Assembly: GCA_963744995.1 (NCBI GenBank)
Contig: CAVUWA010000009.1
Location: forward strand, 448,001-512,000
Source: Candidatus Eiseniibacteriota bacterium
GTDB taxonomy: Bacteria > Eisenbacteria > RBG-16-71-46
DNA: 64,000 nt
Reading direction: 5' to 3'
Made by a program: the position numbers and the translations under genes. The notes beneath the pieces are model-generated. The model was not told where the DNA came from and searched no databases. It saw only the letters and a program-made list of their open reading frames with translations. Positions 1-13,241 of the stretch are shown here, in pieces (the first letter of the stretch is position 1; every line of letters starts with the position of its first letter).

Positions 1-1
1 G

Positions 2-691
2 CGCGATGTCCTCCGCCGGTTCGGCCACGTCACGGTGATCGCCCCCGACCGCAACCAGAGCGCCACCTCGCATTCGCTCACGCTGCACCGGCCGTTCCGG
101 ATCCGCGAGCACGAGCCCGGTATCTTCAGCGTCGACGGCACGCCGACGGACTGCGTGGTGGCGGCCTGGTACGGCCTGCTCGACGAGCCGCCCGACCTGG
201 TGGTGTCGGGCATCAACCATGGTCCCAACATGGGCGAGGACGTGTTCTACTCCGGCACGGTCGCCGCGGCCATCGAGGGATCGCTGCAGGGGGCGATGGC
301 GGTGGCCTGCTCGCTCGTCACCCGCGAGCTGTCGGACTACGTCGAGCCCGCGGCCTTCATCGAGCGACTCGTGGGACGGGTGCTCGAGGAGGGACTTCCG
401 CACCGCACGCTGCTGAACGTGAACATCCCGTACCGGCCGTGGAGGGAAGTGCGCGGCGTGCAGATCACCCGGCTCGGCAGCCGCGTCTATCGCGACACCC
501 TGATCCGCAAGGTGGACCCGCGCGGTCTCGACTACTACTGGATCGGCGGCGAAGATCCGGTGTGGTCGTCCGAGGAGGGCACCGACTTCCACGCGGTCCA
601 CGAGGGCTACGTGTCCGTGACCCCGATGCGGCTCGACCTGACCGACGAAGGGGCCATCGACGGCGTGCGCGCCTGGAACCTCGAGAAGTGA
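2..691 (+). CDS. surE: 5'/3'-nucleotidase SurE (5' end truncated by window edge)
   Basis: APDRNQSATSHSLTL, VDGTPTDCV, SGINHGPNMGEDVFYSGTVAAA and YVSVTP motifs. The frame is open from position 2. Confidence 0.95.
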   Translation, partial: RDVLRRFGHVTVIAPDRNQSATSHSLTLHRPFRIREHEPGIFSVDGTPTDCVVAAWYGLLDEPPDLVVSGINHGPNMGEDVFYSGTVAAAIEGSLQGAMAVACSLVTRELSDYVEPAAFIERLVGRVLEEGLPHRTLLNVNIPYRPWREVRGVQITRLGSRVYRDTLIRKVDPRGLDYYWIGGEDPVWSSEEGTDFHAVHEGYVSVTPMRLDLTDEGAIDGVRAWNLEK

Positions 692-1377
692 GACACGCGA
701 ACGGAAGTGCGGCGCCGGATCCGCATGCGTCCGCGCGGCGGCGCATGGTGGAGAAGCAGCTGCGCGAGCGCGGCATCCGCGATGAACGTGTGCTCGAGGC
801 GATGGCCGCCGTGCCGCGCGAACTGTTCGTGGATCCGGCGTTCGTCTCCCGCGCCTACGGCGACCACGCGCTGCCGACGGGCGAGGGCCAGACGATCTCG
901 CAGCCGTACATCGTCGCCCGCATGCTCGAGGTGGCACGCCTCGAGCCCGGCCACCGCGTGCTGGAGATCGGCACCGGGACCGGATACCAGACCGCCCTGC
1001 TGGCGCGACTCTGCGAGCGGGTCTTCAGCGTCGAGCGCGTGCCGTCGCTGCTGCGTGCGGCGCAGAAGCGCCTGGACCAGCTCGGGGTACGCGGCGTCGC
1101 CCTCAGGCACGGGGACGGCAGCCTCGGTTGGCAGGAGTTTGCGCCCTATGCTAGGGTCCTCGTCGCCGCTGCGGCGCCCCGTGTTCCCGACGCTCTGCGA
1201 AACCAGTTGGGGGAACGGGGTGTTCTTGTTATCCCGGTGGGTGACGCGTCCCGGCAGCATCTGGAAGTGTGGGAACGCGAGTCCGCGGACCGCTGGCGGC
1301 ACGTCCGGCTCGGCGAGTGCCGTTTCGTCCCGCTGGTCGGACGCGACGCCTGGGCCGACAGCCCGGCGGAGGAGTAG
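688..1377 (+). CDS. pcm: Protein-L-isoaspartate O-methyltransferase
   Basis: GTG start overlaps the surE stop (GTGA). Motifs VPRELFV, QTISQPYIVARM, VLEIGTGTGYQ, GDGSLGW and RFVPLV. Confidence 0.95.
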   Translation: MRHANGSAAPDPHASARRRMVEKQLRERGIRDERVLEAMAAVPRELFVDPAFVSRAYGDHALPTGEGQTISQPYIVARMLEVARLEPGHRVLEIGTGTGYQTALLARLCERVFSVERVPSLLRAAQKRLDQLGVRGVALRHGDGSLGWQEFAPYARVLVAAAAPRVPDALRNQLGERGVLVIPVGDASRQHLEVWERESADRWRHVRLGECRFVPLVGRDAWADSPAEE

Positions 1378-1382
1378 CGAGT

Positions 1383-1459
<77 letters not shown>

Positions 1460-1570
1460 TTCGATCCCGGCGCCGTACGCGGCACCCGAGGCGGAAACGT
1501 CCCGGGTGTTTTCGTTGTGCGCGCGGCGGCTTGAATGCCGCGCGCGCGTGGCGCATGCTGCGGCGTGGTC

Positions 1571-1832
1571 ATGGCATCCCTTCATCTCCGCATCGAGGGA
1601 CGCGTGCAGGGCGTCGGTTTCAGATGGTTCGTGGTCCGTGAAGCCCGCGCGCTCGGCCTCGCGGGCCACGTCCGCAATCTGCATGACGGTGCGGTCGAGC
1701 TCGACGCCGAGGGGCCGGACGACTCCCTGCGCCGACTGCTCGATTCGGTGCGCAACGGACCGCCGGGCGCCCGGGTCCTGCGCGTGATCGACGCGTGGGG
1801 CGAGACCCGCGGCCGCTTCAGAGGATTCGAGA

Positions 1833-1843
<11 letters not shown>
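1571..1843 (+). CDS. acyP: Acylphosphatase
   Basis: GRVQGVGFR and [12 protein letters not shown] signatures, plus GPPGARV. Confidence 0.93.
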
Positions 1844-2921
<1,078 letters not shown>

Positions 2922-3032
2922 AGTGGGCCGCAGACGCACATGGACATCGGAAAGGCCGGCGCGCCGCGGGCACGCCGCTCGAGAGCAGAACGGACCGGGC
3001 CGCCGACGGCGGCCCCAGCGACGGGGCGACCC

Positions 3033-3572
3033 ATGATCGATCTGCGCAGCAGGATTCGCGACGTACCCGACTTCCCGAAGAAGGGCATCGTCTTCAAGGA
3101 CATCACGCCGCTGCTGTCCGACCCGGACGCGTTGCGCGAGTGCGTCGCGCAGATGGCCGCCCGCGCGCCGGCGCCGGATGCGGTGGTGGCGATCGAGTCG
3201 CGCGGATTCATCTTCGGCACCGCTCTGGCGATGCACTGGCGGGTGCCGTTCGTTCCCGCCCGCAAGTTCGGCAAGCTGCCGGGCGAGACCGTGCGCGAAA
3301 TGTATTCGCTCGAGTACGGCGAGGATACGCTCGAGATCCATCGCGACGCCCTGCACGCGGGCCAGAAGGTGGTGCTCGTGGACGACCTGCTGGCGACCGG
3401 CGGAACCGCCGCCGCGACCGTGCGGCTGGTCGAACAGCTGGAAGCGAAGATCGTCGCCTGCCTGTTCGTCGTCGAGCTGAGCGGGCTCGGCGGGCGCGAA
3501 CGGCTCGGCTCCTACCGCGTCGAGGCACTCATGGCGTTCGAGACCGAGGAAGCGGCGGAGGAGCGCGACTAG
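3033..3572 (+). CDS. apt: Adenine phosphoribosyltransferase
   Basis: IRDVPDFPKKGIVFKDITPLL, IESRGF, YSLEYG and the PRPP motif VDDLLATGGT. Confidence 0.96.
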   Translation: MIDLRSRIRDVPDFPKKGIVFKDITPLLSDPDALRECVAQMAARAPAPDAVVAIESRGFIFGTALAMHWRVPFVPARKFGKLPGETVREMYSLEYGEDTLEIHRDALHAGQKVVLVDDLLATGGTAAATVRLVEQLEAKIVACLFVVELSGLGGRERLGSYRVEALMAFETEEAAEERD

Positions 3573-3600
3573 GCGGGGAGCGCGACGGCCGGCATCCCGT

Positions 3601-4446
3601 TCACGCGCCCGCGGGCGCCGCCAGCGGGCCGCCCGGGCGGATCAGCGGTGCGAGCGCCTTGCGGCCGAGCAGGATGTCCGTCGGTCCCATCGCGTAGGGC
3701 GCGACCTCGTAGGCGTTGTAGTGGAAGCGCAGGCCCTCGCCGGTCACCGCCCAGTTGTCGTTGAGCTGGAACGCGCCGCCCTCGAACCAGAACCCCGCCG
3801 CCACCAGGTCGTCGGTGGCCGCGAGGTCGTGCGCCTTGCGGAACGCGCGCTCGCCGAGCGCGGTGAGGCGCGCGCCGTACCCGGGCACGAACAGCTCGTC
3901 CAGCGAGACCCGATGGCCGTCATGCGCATTCAGCGTCATCAGCCGCACGAGCGCGTTCGGATGGGCGCCGCCCGTGTAGCTCTCCTCGGAGAACTCGATG
4001 CTGAAGAGGCGGCCGTCGTTCCACACCGGGGTGGCCCGGCGCTGGATCGTCCAGGACGCGGGCGAATCGGGAAACTCCTCGGAGAAGTCGCGGTACTCGT
4101 CGAGGAATCGTTGCATCAACGTGTCGGCCATGGCCGCGCCGCCGCCCTCGTCGCGCTCGTCCACCGCGGCGAACACGGTCGTGTCGAGGAACGCCGCGAC
4201 GGAGTCACGCAGGGGAGGGGGCCCGCTGGTCAGCTCGAAGTAGCCGAGCGAGATGGAGGCGCAGGGCGCGAGCTGCTCAGGACAGTCCTCGAGCGTCTGG
4301 TGCTTCTCCCGCTTCTCGAACGAGAGGGGCTTCACACCGGTGGCGGTCGCCGGGGCGCGGTGCTTCGAGGTGCCCGACCTGCCGCACGAAACGCCCAGCA
4401 ACGCCGTGAGCGCCACGACCGCGATGACCAGACCGCGAATCCTCAT
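3601..4446 (-). CDS. DUF3298/DUF4163 (RsiV/PdaC-like) lipoprotein
   Basis: Lipobox-like GVSC, YTGGAHPN and YNAYEVAPYAMG motifs. Confidence 0.8.
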   Translation of the reverse strand: MRIRGLVIAVVALTALLGVSCGRSGTSKHRAPATATGVKPLSFEKREKHQTLEDCPEQLAPCASISLGYFELTSGPPPLRDSVAAFLDTTVFAAVDERDEGGGAAMADTLMQRFLDEYRDFSEEFPDSPASWTIQRRATPVWNDGRLFSIEFSEESYTGGAHPNALVRLMTLNAHDGHRVSLDELFVPGYGARLTALGERAFRKAHDLAATDDLVAAGFWFEGGAFQLNDNWAVTGEGLRFHYNAYEVAPYAMGPTDILLGRKALAPLIRPGGPLAAPAGA

Positions 4447-4542
4447 CGACGAGCGATTCCTTTCCCATGCGCGGTGACGGATCGAATCCGCCGCGCATGG
4501 TAGCAGATCCCGGCGGCCGCGCACGGGAGGGCGGGAGGCCGT

Positions 4543-6057
4543 TCAACGGCGCCCCAGCGACGGATGCGTCACGTCGCCCGGATCCCCCTCGAGCGGAATG
4601 AAACGCAACGGACGCCAGACCAGGTGGGCCGCCGCAACGTCCTTCCCGGCCAGGAAGTCCCGCACCACCGGCGCCGCGTCGGGGTTCTGCCACAGCGTCT
4701 GCTCGTGCCCGGCGTCCGCCACGACGAGATGGGTGCCGTGCGCGAAGCCCCAGCGCACCTGCTCGGCCTGGCATGGCGGCGCGTTCCAGTCGAATTCGCC
4801 GGAGAGGAACAGCGTCGGCACCGACGTCACCACGGGCCGGTAGTACCCGGGCCCGGGGCCGTGATCGGTCCACAGCGGGGTGATCTCCGGGAAGGGAAAG
4901 TTGACGACGTCCGCGAACCGGCTCGCAGCCGCCTGCGCCCGGATCTCATCGAGCCGCTCGGGCGAAGCTCCAGAGGAAGCGTCCGTCATCACCCCCATCC
5001 CGGCGATGCCGTACATGAACCCGGCCCGCTTCTGCACGAACCACTGGAGAATCGAGGGATCCCCGCGGTCGATCGAATACAGCAGGCGCGGGAACACGGG
5101 CAGGTCGCTGGCGTCACCGATGTCGGCTCGCAGGATCAGGTGGAGCCCGAAGGGACCGACGCGGAGATCCATCGGGGCGCCGTCGCGCCTCTTCACCGTC
5201 ACCGTCATCGGGTGCTCGGCGAGCTTCGCGTCCACCCTCGCCAGCAGGGCGACGAGGTCGGGGACCGTGCGGGCCAGCGTCGGATCGGCTGCGGCGAGCT
5301 GCGCCAGACGCTCGAACTGGACATCCATCATCCAGGGCAGCTTGAGGGTGTGATCGGGTCCTTCCACGCCCACCAGCACCGCGCGCGTCACGTGCGCGTC
5401 GTAGTGCCGCAGGTAGGCGAGCGCCAGGTGCGTCCCGTACGAGAAACCCATGAGGGCGATGCGATCGTAGCCCAGAGCGGCGCGCAGGGCGTCGATGTCG
5501 CGAATGCTCTCGAGGTTCGTATAGCCTTCGATGTCCACTCCACGCTCGCGATAGGCGGCCAGGGCGCGACGACTCATCCTCGCCCAGTGCGCACGGGCCG
5601 TGTCGGCGCTCGCGAAGAAGTCGCGCGGCAGGGGACCGTCCCAGAGGAAGACCATGTCGCGGTCGCGGCTGCCGCGCGGATCGATGAAGACGACGTCCGA
5701 GACGTCGAGCAACGGCGCCCACATCTCGAGCGCAGCGGGATCGTCCGCAGCGGGGGTGGCCGCATTGCCGGGACCGCCGGGCAGGAAGAACAGGGGCGCC
5801 GCAGCGTGTGCCGCGCCGCTCTTCAGGACGACGTAGTGCACCGGGATCCGGCGCGAGTCGGGGACCGAACGGACTTCGGGAACCAGCAGCCGGCCGCGCT
5901 CCAGCTGGATCGTCCGGCCGGAGGCGAGGTGGACGACGTCGCTGCTGCGGGCCGCGAGTTCGGCCCCGTCGGCCGCGCCGGCCACGCGGACGGCCGGGGT
6001 GCCGCAGACGAGGGCGAGCGTGGCCGCGGCCGGCAGAAGAATGGGACGGACCTTCAT
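4543..6057 (-). CDS. Secreted alpha/beta hydrolase (TAP-like peptidase family)
   Basis: Signal peptide, GGPG oxyanion motif, GFSYG nucleophile, GEFD acid and AGH catalytic His. Confidence 0.85.
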   Translation of the reverse strand: MKVRPILLPAAATLALVCGTPAVRVAGAADGAELAARSSDVVHLASGRTIQLERGRLLVPEVRSVPDSRRIPVHYVVLKSGAAHAAAPLFFLPGGPGNAATPAADDPAALEMWAPLLDVSDVVFIDPRGSRDRDMVFLWDGPLPRDFFASADTARAHWARMSRRALAAYRERGVDIEGYTNLESIRDIDALRAALGYDRIALMGFSYGTHLALAYLRHYDAHVTRAVLVGVEGPDHTLKLPWMMDVQFERLAQLAAADPTLARTVPDLVALLARVDAKLAEHPMTVTVKRRDGAPMDLRVGPFGLHLILRADIGDASDLPVFPRLLYSIDRGDPSILQWFVQKRAGFMYGIAGMGVMTDASSGASPERLDEIRAQAAASRFADVVNFPFPEITPLWTDHGPGPGYYRPVVTSVPTLFLSGEFDWNAPPCQAEQVRWGFAHGTHLVVADAGHEQTLWQNPDAAPVVRDFLAGKDVAAAHLVWRPLRFIPLEGDPGDVTHPSLGRR

Positions 6058-6833
6058 GGTTGATGTCTCCTCGGGGATCGGGCAGATGTCCCGGCCCCGG
6101 CCGGGCGCGTGGGAGACGCCGCGAGATAGCCCCGCAGCGCCCGGGACAGGCCATCGACGAGCCCCGCCTGCGAGACCGCGGTCACACGGGCGTGGGGCGC
6201 GTCGGCGAACAGGAGCTTCTCGCGCGCGGCGGCCGAGATCATGAAGACTCCGAACCGCACCGCTTCATCGGGATCGTCATGGGCGATCGCGGCGCGATGG
6301 GGTCGCAGCGCCTCGACGGCCGTGTCGCGCACCCGTCGTCGCCGGTCGTACACATCGGGCTCGAGGGCATCCGGATTGGCGCGGACGAACAGCGCCATTG
6401 CGCGCAGGAACCAGCGACGCTCGACGTAGAGCCCGACGAGGACCTCGACCAGCGCATGCACCGCATCGTCGAAGTCGAGTGCGGCCCAATCGTGCCGCGC
6501 CATGCGCCGCCTCATCAGCGTCTCGAGGCCCGCGTCATAACGGCGGTAGAGGTAGGGCAGGAGGCCGTCCTTGCTCGAGAAGCGGGCGTAGAAGGCGCCC
6601 GTCGTGCGCCCCGCCAGACGGGCCATCTCGTGCACCCCGATGGCCTCGAACGGACGGTCGCGGAGCAGTTTCTCGGCGGCCGCCGCGAAGGCCTCGACGG
6701 TCGCCCGTGCGCGCGCCTGAAGGGGAGGGGTGAAACGCCAGCGGATCTCGTTGCCCAGCCCGGGACGGACCCTGTCCGGACGGCCTGCGCCGCGAGGGCG
6801 TGGCCGCGCCGGCGCACGGCGGGCGACGCTCAC
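6054..6833 (-). CDS. TetR/AcrR family transcriptional regulator
   Basis: HTH region IGVHEMARLAGRTTGAFYARFSSKDGL. The stop overlaps the hydrolase start. Confidence 0.88.
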   Translation of the reverse strand: MSVARRAPARPRPRGAGRPDRVRPGLGNEIRWRFTPPLQARARATVEAFAAAAEKLLRDRPFEAIGVHEMARLAGRTTGAFYARFSSKDGLLPYLYRRYDAGLETLMRRRMARHDWAALDFDDAVHALVEVLVGLYVERRWFLRAMALFVRANPDALEPDVYDRRRRVRDTAVEALRPHRAAIAHDDPDEAVRFGVFMISAAAREKLLFADAPHARVTAVSQAGLVDGLSRALRGYLAASPTRPAGAGTSARSPRRHQP

Positions 6834-6865
6834 GTGTCGCTCCGGCAGGTGCCATCGGTGTCAGA

Positions 6866-6906
6866 AAACATAATCGTATTATGTTTAGTGGCCCGGCGGG
6901 TGTCAA
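6866..6906 (-). promoter_or_regulatory. Sigma-70 promoter overlapped by a palindromic operator, probably for TetR autoregulation
   Basis: Minus strand TTGACA (6906-6901), 17 bp spacer, CATAAT (6883-6878). Perfect inverted repeat AAACATAAT-cgt-ATTATGTTT at 6866-6886. Confidence 0.8.
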
Positions 6907-6974
6907 GGTGCTTTCGGTGGGCGCCGCGCATGCCGGCACGTTGCGCATGCGCCGGCGATGGGGAGAGGCCGCGG

Positions 6975-7457
6975 TCAGTCCAGGCCGGTGTGGCCGAAGC
7001 CGCCCGCGCCGCGCGCGGTCTCGGTCAGGTCTCCGACCTCATGCCAGGCGACACGGGGGACGCGTGCGAGCACCATCTGCGCGATGCGCATGCCGCGCTC
7101 GATGCGGAACGGCCCGCCGCCGTGGTTGACCAGCGCGACGATCACTTCGCCGCGGTAGTCGGAGTCGATCGTCGCCGGGCTGTTGGGCAGCGTCACGCCG
7201 TGCTTCATGCCGAGCCCCGAGCGCGGCCGCACCTGCATCTCGAAACCCTCCGGGACCTCGATCGCGAACCCGGTGGGAACCCGTGCGATCGCCCCGGGGA
7301 CGAGAACGATGGGCGTATCGATCGCCGCACGCACGTCGAGCCCGGCGCTGCCCGGGGTGCCGTAGGCCGGCAGCGGCAGGTCCTTGGCGTGCGGCAGGCG
7401 GCGGATGCGCACGGGCACCGTGACGGCGGCGGCGGCTTCGGAATACTGGCTCGGCAT
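6975..7457 (-). CDS. dut: dUTP diphosphatase
   Basis: [33 protein letters not shown] and [10 protein letters not shown] motifs. Confidence 0.96.
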   Translation of the reverse strand: MPSQYSEAAAAVTVPVRIRRLPHAKDLPLPAYGTPGSAGLDVRAAIDTPIVLVPGAIARVPTGFAIEVPEGFEMQVRPRSGLGMKHGVTLPNSPATIDSDYRGEVIVALVNHGGGPFRIERGMRIAQMVLARVPRVAWHEVGDLTETARGAGGFGHTGLD

Positions 7458-7574
7458 GCGCGTACCCTAACAGCGGGGCGGATGCAGCGCCATTCCGGAA
7501 GAAGCGTTTTCGCTGGACGCTGCGCCCCGCACGGCCATACTCACCTGCACCCCCGTCGGGCTTCGGAGGTCTCC

Positions 7575-9104
7575 ATGTCTCACCGTGCCTGCATGATGTT
7601 CGTGGCGTTCCTCGCCGTGCCCGCCGCCGCCCGCGCGGCCGAGCCGTTCGATTCCTTCCGGTTCCCCGAATACCGCACCTTCGACTGGACCGGCAACCTC
7701 GCCGGTCAGGCCGCGTGGTCTCGCGACGGCCACTCGTACCCGGGCTTCTCGTCGGTCACCGACCGCGGCAACTACCTCGGCAGCGTGGGGACCGGCGCCG
7801 ACTGGACTCACGTGACCGATGCCGCCGTCACGCGGGTCAGCGGCGCCTTTGCCACGAACGGCAACCGCCAATCGAATTCGTCTCAGAACCGGTATTTCTC
7901 GAGCCTGTCCATGTCGACCCTCGCGGATCGTTACACCGCGAGCGACGCCGCCGAGCGCGTCGAATTGAACGCGTCCCACGATCGGTATCCGCTGGGGCTG
8001 CCGCTGTTCTTCACCGTGGAGGTGGGCGCGTCTCTGCGCGACGAGCAGCACTGGAGCTCCGACCACCGCCGGACCGACATGAGCTTCGGGGGCAACAGCC
8101 AATCGGACGCGGACTCCCGGAGCACGCTGAGCAAGTCATACTCGACCGGGGTGAGTGCGGGGCTCGGACTCGGCGCGGGCCGCGTGCGCGATGCGACGCC
8201 CGTATACGAAGCGGTGTTGCTCGAACAGCGGCTCGCCCGGCGCGGACTGCTCGCCCGCCCGCTGAGCCGCCAGGGCCTGACGAAGCTGGGAGCGCTCATG
8301 TTTTCGCGCCAGGCGTACTCCGGAACGCGCGACCGTCCGGCTCGGGATCTGTGGCGGGAGATCGCCCGCATCCTGGCCGAGGACGGCGCACTGCGCGGGA
8401 CGCCGGATCCCGAAACGGTGATGCGCCTGATGGAGCCGTTCCTCGGACCCGCCTCCACCACCGACCGCAACGGCCTTCCGGACTCCCCGATCCGGCGCTA
8501 CGTTGGGATGTCCTTTCGGATCCAGGTCGTGGACGCGCACTCGCGCACCTCGCGTCACGAGGTCTGGACCCGCACCCAGGAGTCGATGCCCGGCATGGGC
8601 TACCTGCAGCAGGAGAGCGGGTCCATCAGCCGCCTCACCCAGGACGACCTCGACCTGAACGCGAGCGCGGACTGGCATCGCGCGCTGACCGGGCGCTGGC
8701 AGCTCGACGCCTCCGGCTACGCGAACACCCCGGCGCGGCACGGCCTGACGGCGACCTACGCGGCCGGGCTGACGGCGCTCTGCCTGGTGAGCGATCGCTG
8801 GCTCGCGTCCGTCGGCGCCAGCCACCTCTGGGTCGACGAGAAACGGACGGCGGGCCCCACCGGCGGGGATCAGGCGGACTGGCGCGCCGCAGGAGGCCTC
8901 TCCTGGTTCCTCGAGAACCGGACCGCGCTGTCCCTGTCGGTCTCGCACGCCCAGAGCTGGGTGCGCGGCGACGCCCTGCGTGCGCATGCGTTCCGGCGCC
9001 TGACGTCGCTGAGCGTAAGCATGACGCACCGCTTCGCCGGGCATTTCTCTGCGCCGCTGCTGGCGCTCGGGCCGACGACGCCGACGGTGGATCTCAGGCC
9101 GTGA
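7575..9104 (+). CDS. Secreted hypothetical protein, probably an outer-membrane beta-barrel
   Basis: GGAGG SD, signal peptide ending AARA and alternating amphipathic beta-strand pattern with a helical middle segment. Confidence 0.65.
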   Translation: MSHRACMMFVAFLAVPAAARAAEPFDSFRFPEYRTFDWTGNLAGQAAWSRDGHSYPGFSSVTDRGNYLGSVGTGADWTHVTDAAVTRVSGAFATNGNRQSNSSQNRYFSSLSMSTLADRYTASDAAERVELNASHDRYPLGLPLFFTVEVGASLRDEQHWSSDHRRTDMSFGGNSQSDADSRSTLSKSYSTGVSAGLGLGAGRVRDATPVYEAVLLEQRLARRGLLARPLSRQGLTKLGALMFSRQAYSGTRDRPARDLWREIARILAEDGALRGTPDPETVMRLMEPFLGPASTTDRNGLPDSPIRRYVGMSFRIQVVDAHSRTSRHEVWTRTQESMPGMGYLQQESGSISRLTQDDLDLNASADWHRALTGRWQLDASGYANTPARHGLTATYAAGLTALCLVSDRWLASVGASHLWVDEKRTAGPTGGDQADWRAAGGLSWFLENRTALSLSVSHAQSWVRGDALRAHAFRRLTSLSVSMTHRFAGHFSAPLLALGPTTPTVDLRP

Positions 9105-9105
9105 G

Positions 9106-10424
<1,319 letters not shown>

Positions 10425-10425
<1 letters not shown>

Positions 10426-12284
10426 CAGGTCTCCTCGCCGCGGCGTGGCAGACGGATCTCGAAGCGGGTGCCGTGGCCGGGCTCGGAGGCGACGGCGATG
10501 GTGCCGCCGTGCGCGGTCACGATGCGCTCCACGATGGTGAGCCCGAGCCCGCTGCCGCCGGGCTTGGTGGTGTGTTCGGGAACGAACAGGTGCGCCCGGG
10601 CCTCCGGGTCCACGCCGGGCCCGCTGTCGGCGACCACGATCACGGTTTCGCGCGGCAGGGCCTCGAACTCGATCTGCACGCGGCCCCCGTGAGCGGTCGC
10701 TTCGAGCGCGTTCTTCACCAGATTGACCATGGCCTGGCGCAGCTGCGCGCGGTCGGCGAGCACCTGCACGTCAGCGCCGGGTCCCGAGATCGAGAGCCGC
10801 TGCGCGTCGATCTCGGTGTGGTAGAGCGCGCCGAGGTCGCCGGCCACGTCCGCGAGCCGGACCGGCTGGAGCTCCGGCTCGCTCATGCGGCCGAACTCGG
10901 AGAATTCCTGCAGGAGACGCTTCAGCGATTCGACTTCTTCGGCGATCGTGCGGGCGGCCTCGTCCAGGATTTCCGGGAAGTCCGGGCGCTGCTGCCGGTA
11001 GCTGCGCTGCAGGTCCGCGATCGACACGGCGATCGGCGTGAGCGGGTTCTTGACTTCGTGCGCAACCATGCGCGCCATCTGGCTCCATGCCGCCTGGCGC
11101 TCGCTCGCGACCAGGCGCGCCCGATAGCGGGTGAGATCCTCGCGCATCCGCTCGAGCGCGTGCGCGAGCGTCTCGAGCTCGGCATAGCGGGCGACTTCGA
11201 GCGGGCGGTCCCACTCGCCCTGCGCGACCCGTGCAGAAAAGGCCGCCAGCGATTCGATCGGCCGCGCGATGCGCCTCGACCACATCAGCCCGAGCAGCAT
11301 CGCGACGGCGAGGCCCAGGAGACCGAGCACCCCGCTGGTCACCCACAGCGTCCGCACCTCGGCGTCGGCCGCCGCCGTGGAGGCGATGCCGATCAGCACG
11401 GCGCCGCCCGCGGGCTCGAGCGGAACGTGCCGCACCAGCGCTCCGGTCCTGGTGAGCCCGGCGCCTTCGGGGTCTTCGAGCAGCGGCAGGAAGGCCTCGC
11501 GGTCGGCCCCGAGCGTGCTCGCCGCGGTCCTGCCGTCCGGCCCGCGCAACGCGAGGTCCACGTCCCCGGCGCCCTTCTGGCGCGCGAGCCACGCGGCATC
11601 CATGCGCACGGCCCCGCGCAGCACCCCCGCCACGGCACCGCCCGCCCGCACCGGCGCGCGCGCCACCAGCAGCAGTGCCCCCGTGTCGCCTGCGGGTTCG
11701 ATGGCGACACCGGAGACGGGAGAGGCGGGGCGCGCCCGCCCGATGACGTCGGTCTCGCCGGGAGGGCCCGCGGCGCCGGCGAACACGCTGTCGGGCGGAG
11801 CGGCGTGCGCCGCGGCGACCACGAGACCGCCCGGACCGAGCCACTCGAGCGCGTCGAGGCCGAGCAGGTAGGCCCGCACCGTGAGATCCCGGGTGAGCGC
11901 CGTATCCGCCGGCTGCGACGCCGCGCCGAGGCGCGCCAGGGCGCGCTCGCGGGCCATCACCTGGAGCCGCCCCCCCAGGGTCTCGCCATCGGCGCGGATG
12001 CGTGCGCTCACGTTCGCGAGCGTCGCATTCAGCCGGTCGGCCGCCTCGACGCGGACCGTCTCCTGAATGCGCGTCGCCATCAGCGCCATCGCGATCGCGA
12101 GGGGGACGAGGGCGACCAGCGCAAAGGCGAGCACCAGGCGTGAGCGCAGCGAATTCAACGTCGCAGGCCTCCGTGTTCCGGGAGAGGAATCGCGTGTCCG
12201 CACGGCCACGGCGCCTGGAGGCGCACGCGCCGCGCGGTTCCGGGTGGCTGCAGGGTCCATCGCAGCACGAAGCGTGTCAATCAT
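10425..12284 (-). CDS. HAMP-domain sensor histidine kinase (NtrY-like)
   Basis: Two TM segments, HAMP, VAHEVKNPL H box, NLVKNA, DSGPG and GSGLGL. The start is uncertain (12284 or 12260). Confidence 0.88.
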
Positions 12285-12354
12285 GACACGCACGACCTCC
12301 GTCCATGCCCAGGTCGAATCGCGCAATCCATTGCCGTCCAATGCACTCACCGGC

Positions 12355-12370
12355 AGGCACGGTCCTTGGA
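12355..12370 (+). promoter_or_regulatory. Possible sigma-54 promoter for the divergent gene at 12496
   Basis: AGGCAC-GGTCC-TTGGA resembles TGGCAC-N5-TTGC, but the -12 GC is GG. It sits next to a sigma-54 activator pair. Confidence 0.35.
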
Positions 12371-12495
12371 TTGGAGTCATGGCGAAGCGGGTCACGGCCC
12401 GCGGAAACCGGCGCGGCAAAGGCCCGCCGGAGCGACCCGGAACGGGGCGGTCGGCGCGCCCCCGGGTGTCGGACGACCGCCGGGGAGGAACGAAC

Positions 12496-13179
12496 ATGCA
12501 TCGCAATCGAAACGAGCAGTGGGAAGCGCGGCCTGAGAACGAGCCGCGCGGCGCCGGCGGATGGTGGTACCTCGCGGCGTTCGCGCTGGCGATCGGGGTG
12601 GTCGGCGGGATCGTCACGGGCTGCGGCAGCAACGAGAACGTGGCCGTGGACGACGCCGGTGACGGTGGCGCCACGGTGACGGTGCCCGCCTACGAGACCA
12701 GCCGCGACGCGGTCGATGCGAGCGTGGCCCCGGCACCGGTTCAGGTGCCGGCCAGCGAAACCGACGACGCGACCGGAGCGGCGCCGGGGGCCATGCCGCC
12801 CGACATCCTGGTCACGGCGTCACAGACGGTGGTGGAGCCCGGTGACGTGATCGACATCGCCGTGCAGGCCACCCCCGACGTCACCGAGATGACGCTCTGG
12901 GATGGAATCCACGACCGCCAGGCACTCACCTACGACGCGGACGCGAAGGCCTGGCGCGTGAGCTACCGGGTGCCGCTGCATCTGCCCTGGGCGCGCACCG
13001 GCCTCGCGATCACCGCGAAGAACGACGCGCAGCGGTGGTGCCGCTCCTGGGTGTTCATCGAATCGCCCGCGGCCGCGCAGACGGCGGGCGCGGACGGGTC
13101 GGAAGCGAGCCCGGTCGCGGTGGACAGCACCGGAACGCAGCCGCTCGCCAGGGACGTGAGCGGGCCCGGCGAACGCTGA
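12496..13179 (+). CDS. Hypothetical exported or lipoprotein with an Ig-like C-terminal domain
   Basis: GGAGGA SD, hydrophobic stretch followed by VTGC, acidic/Pro linker and a beta-rich domain. Confidence 0.65.
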   Translation: MHRNRNEQWEARPENEPRGAGGWWYLAAFALAIGVVGGIVTGCGSNENVAVDDAGDGGATVTVPAYETSRDAVDASVAPAPVQVPASETDDATGAAPGAMPPDILVTASQTVVEPGDVIDIAVQATPDVTEMTLWDGIHDRQALTYDADAKAWRVSYRVPLHLPWARTGLAITAKNDAQRWCRSWVFIESPAAAQTAGADGSEASPVAVDSTGTQPLARDVSGPGER

Positions 13180-13194
13180 CCGGTCGAACGCCGC

Positions 13195-13223
13195 GCCCCC
13201 GGATCCGAAACGGGTCCGGGGGC
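13195..13223. terminator. Hairpin between convergent genes
   Basis: GCCCCCGGATCCG-aaa-CGGGTCCGGGGGC, a 13-bp stem with one G-U pair and no U tail. Confidence 0.45.
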
Positions 13224-13241
13224 GTGCGCGTGCCCCCCGGG

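Noticed and set aside
5808..7574. N-terminal half of the 1098-aa ORF 5808-9104
   Set aside because: It is antisense to the TetR gene and dut. The real gene starts at 7575 with an SD and signal peptide.
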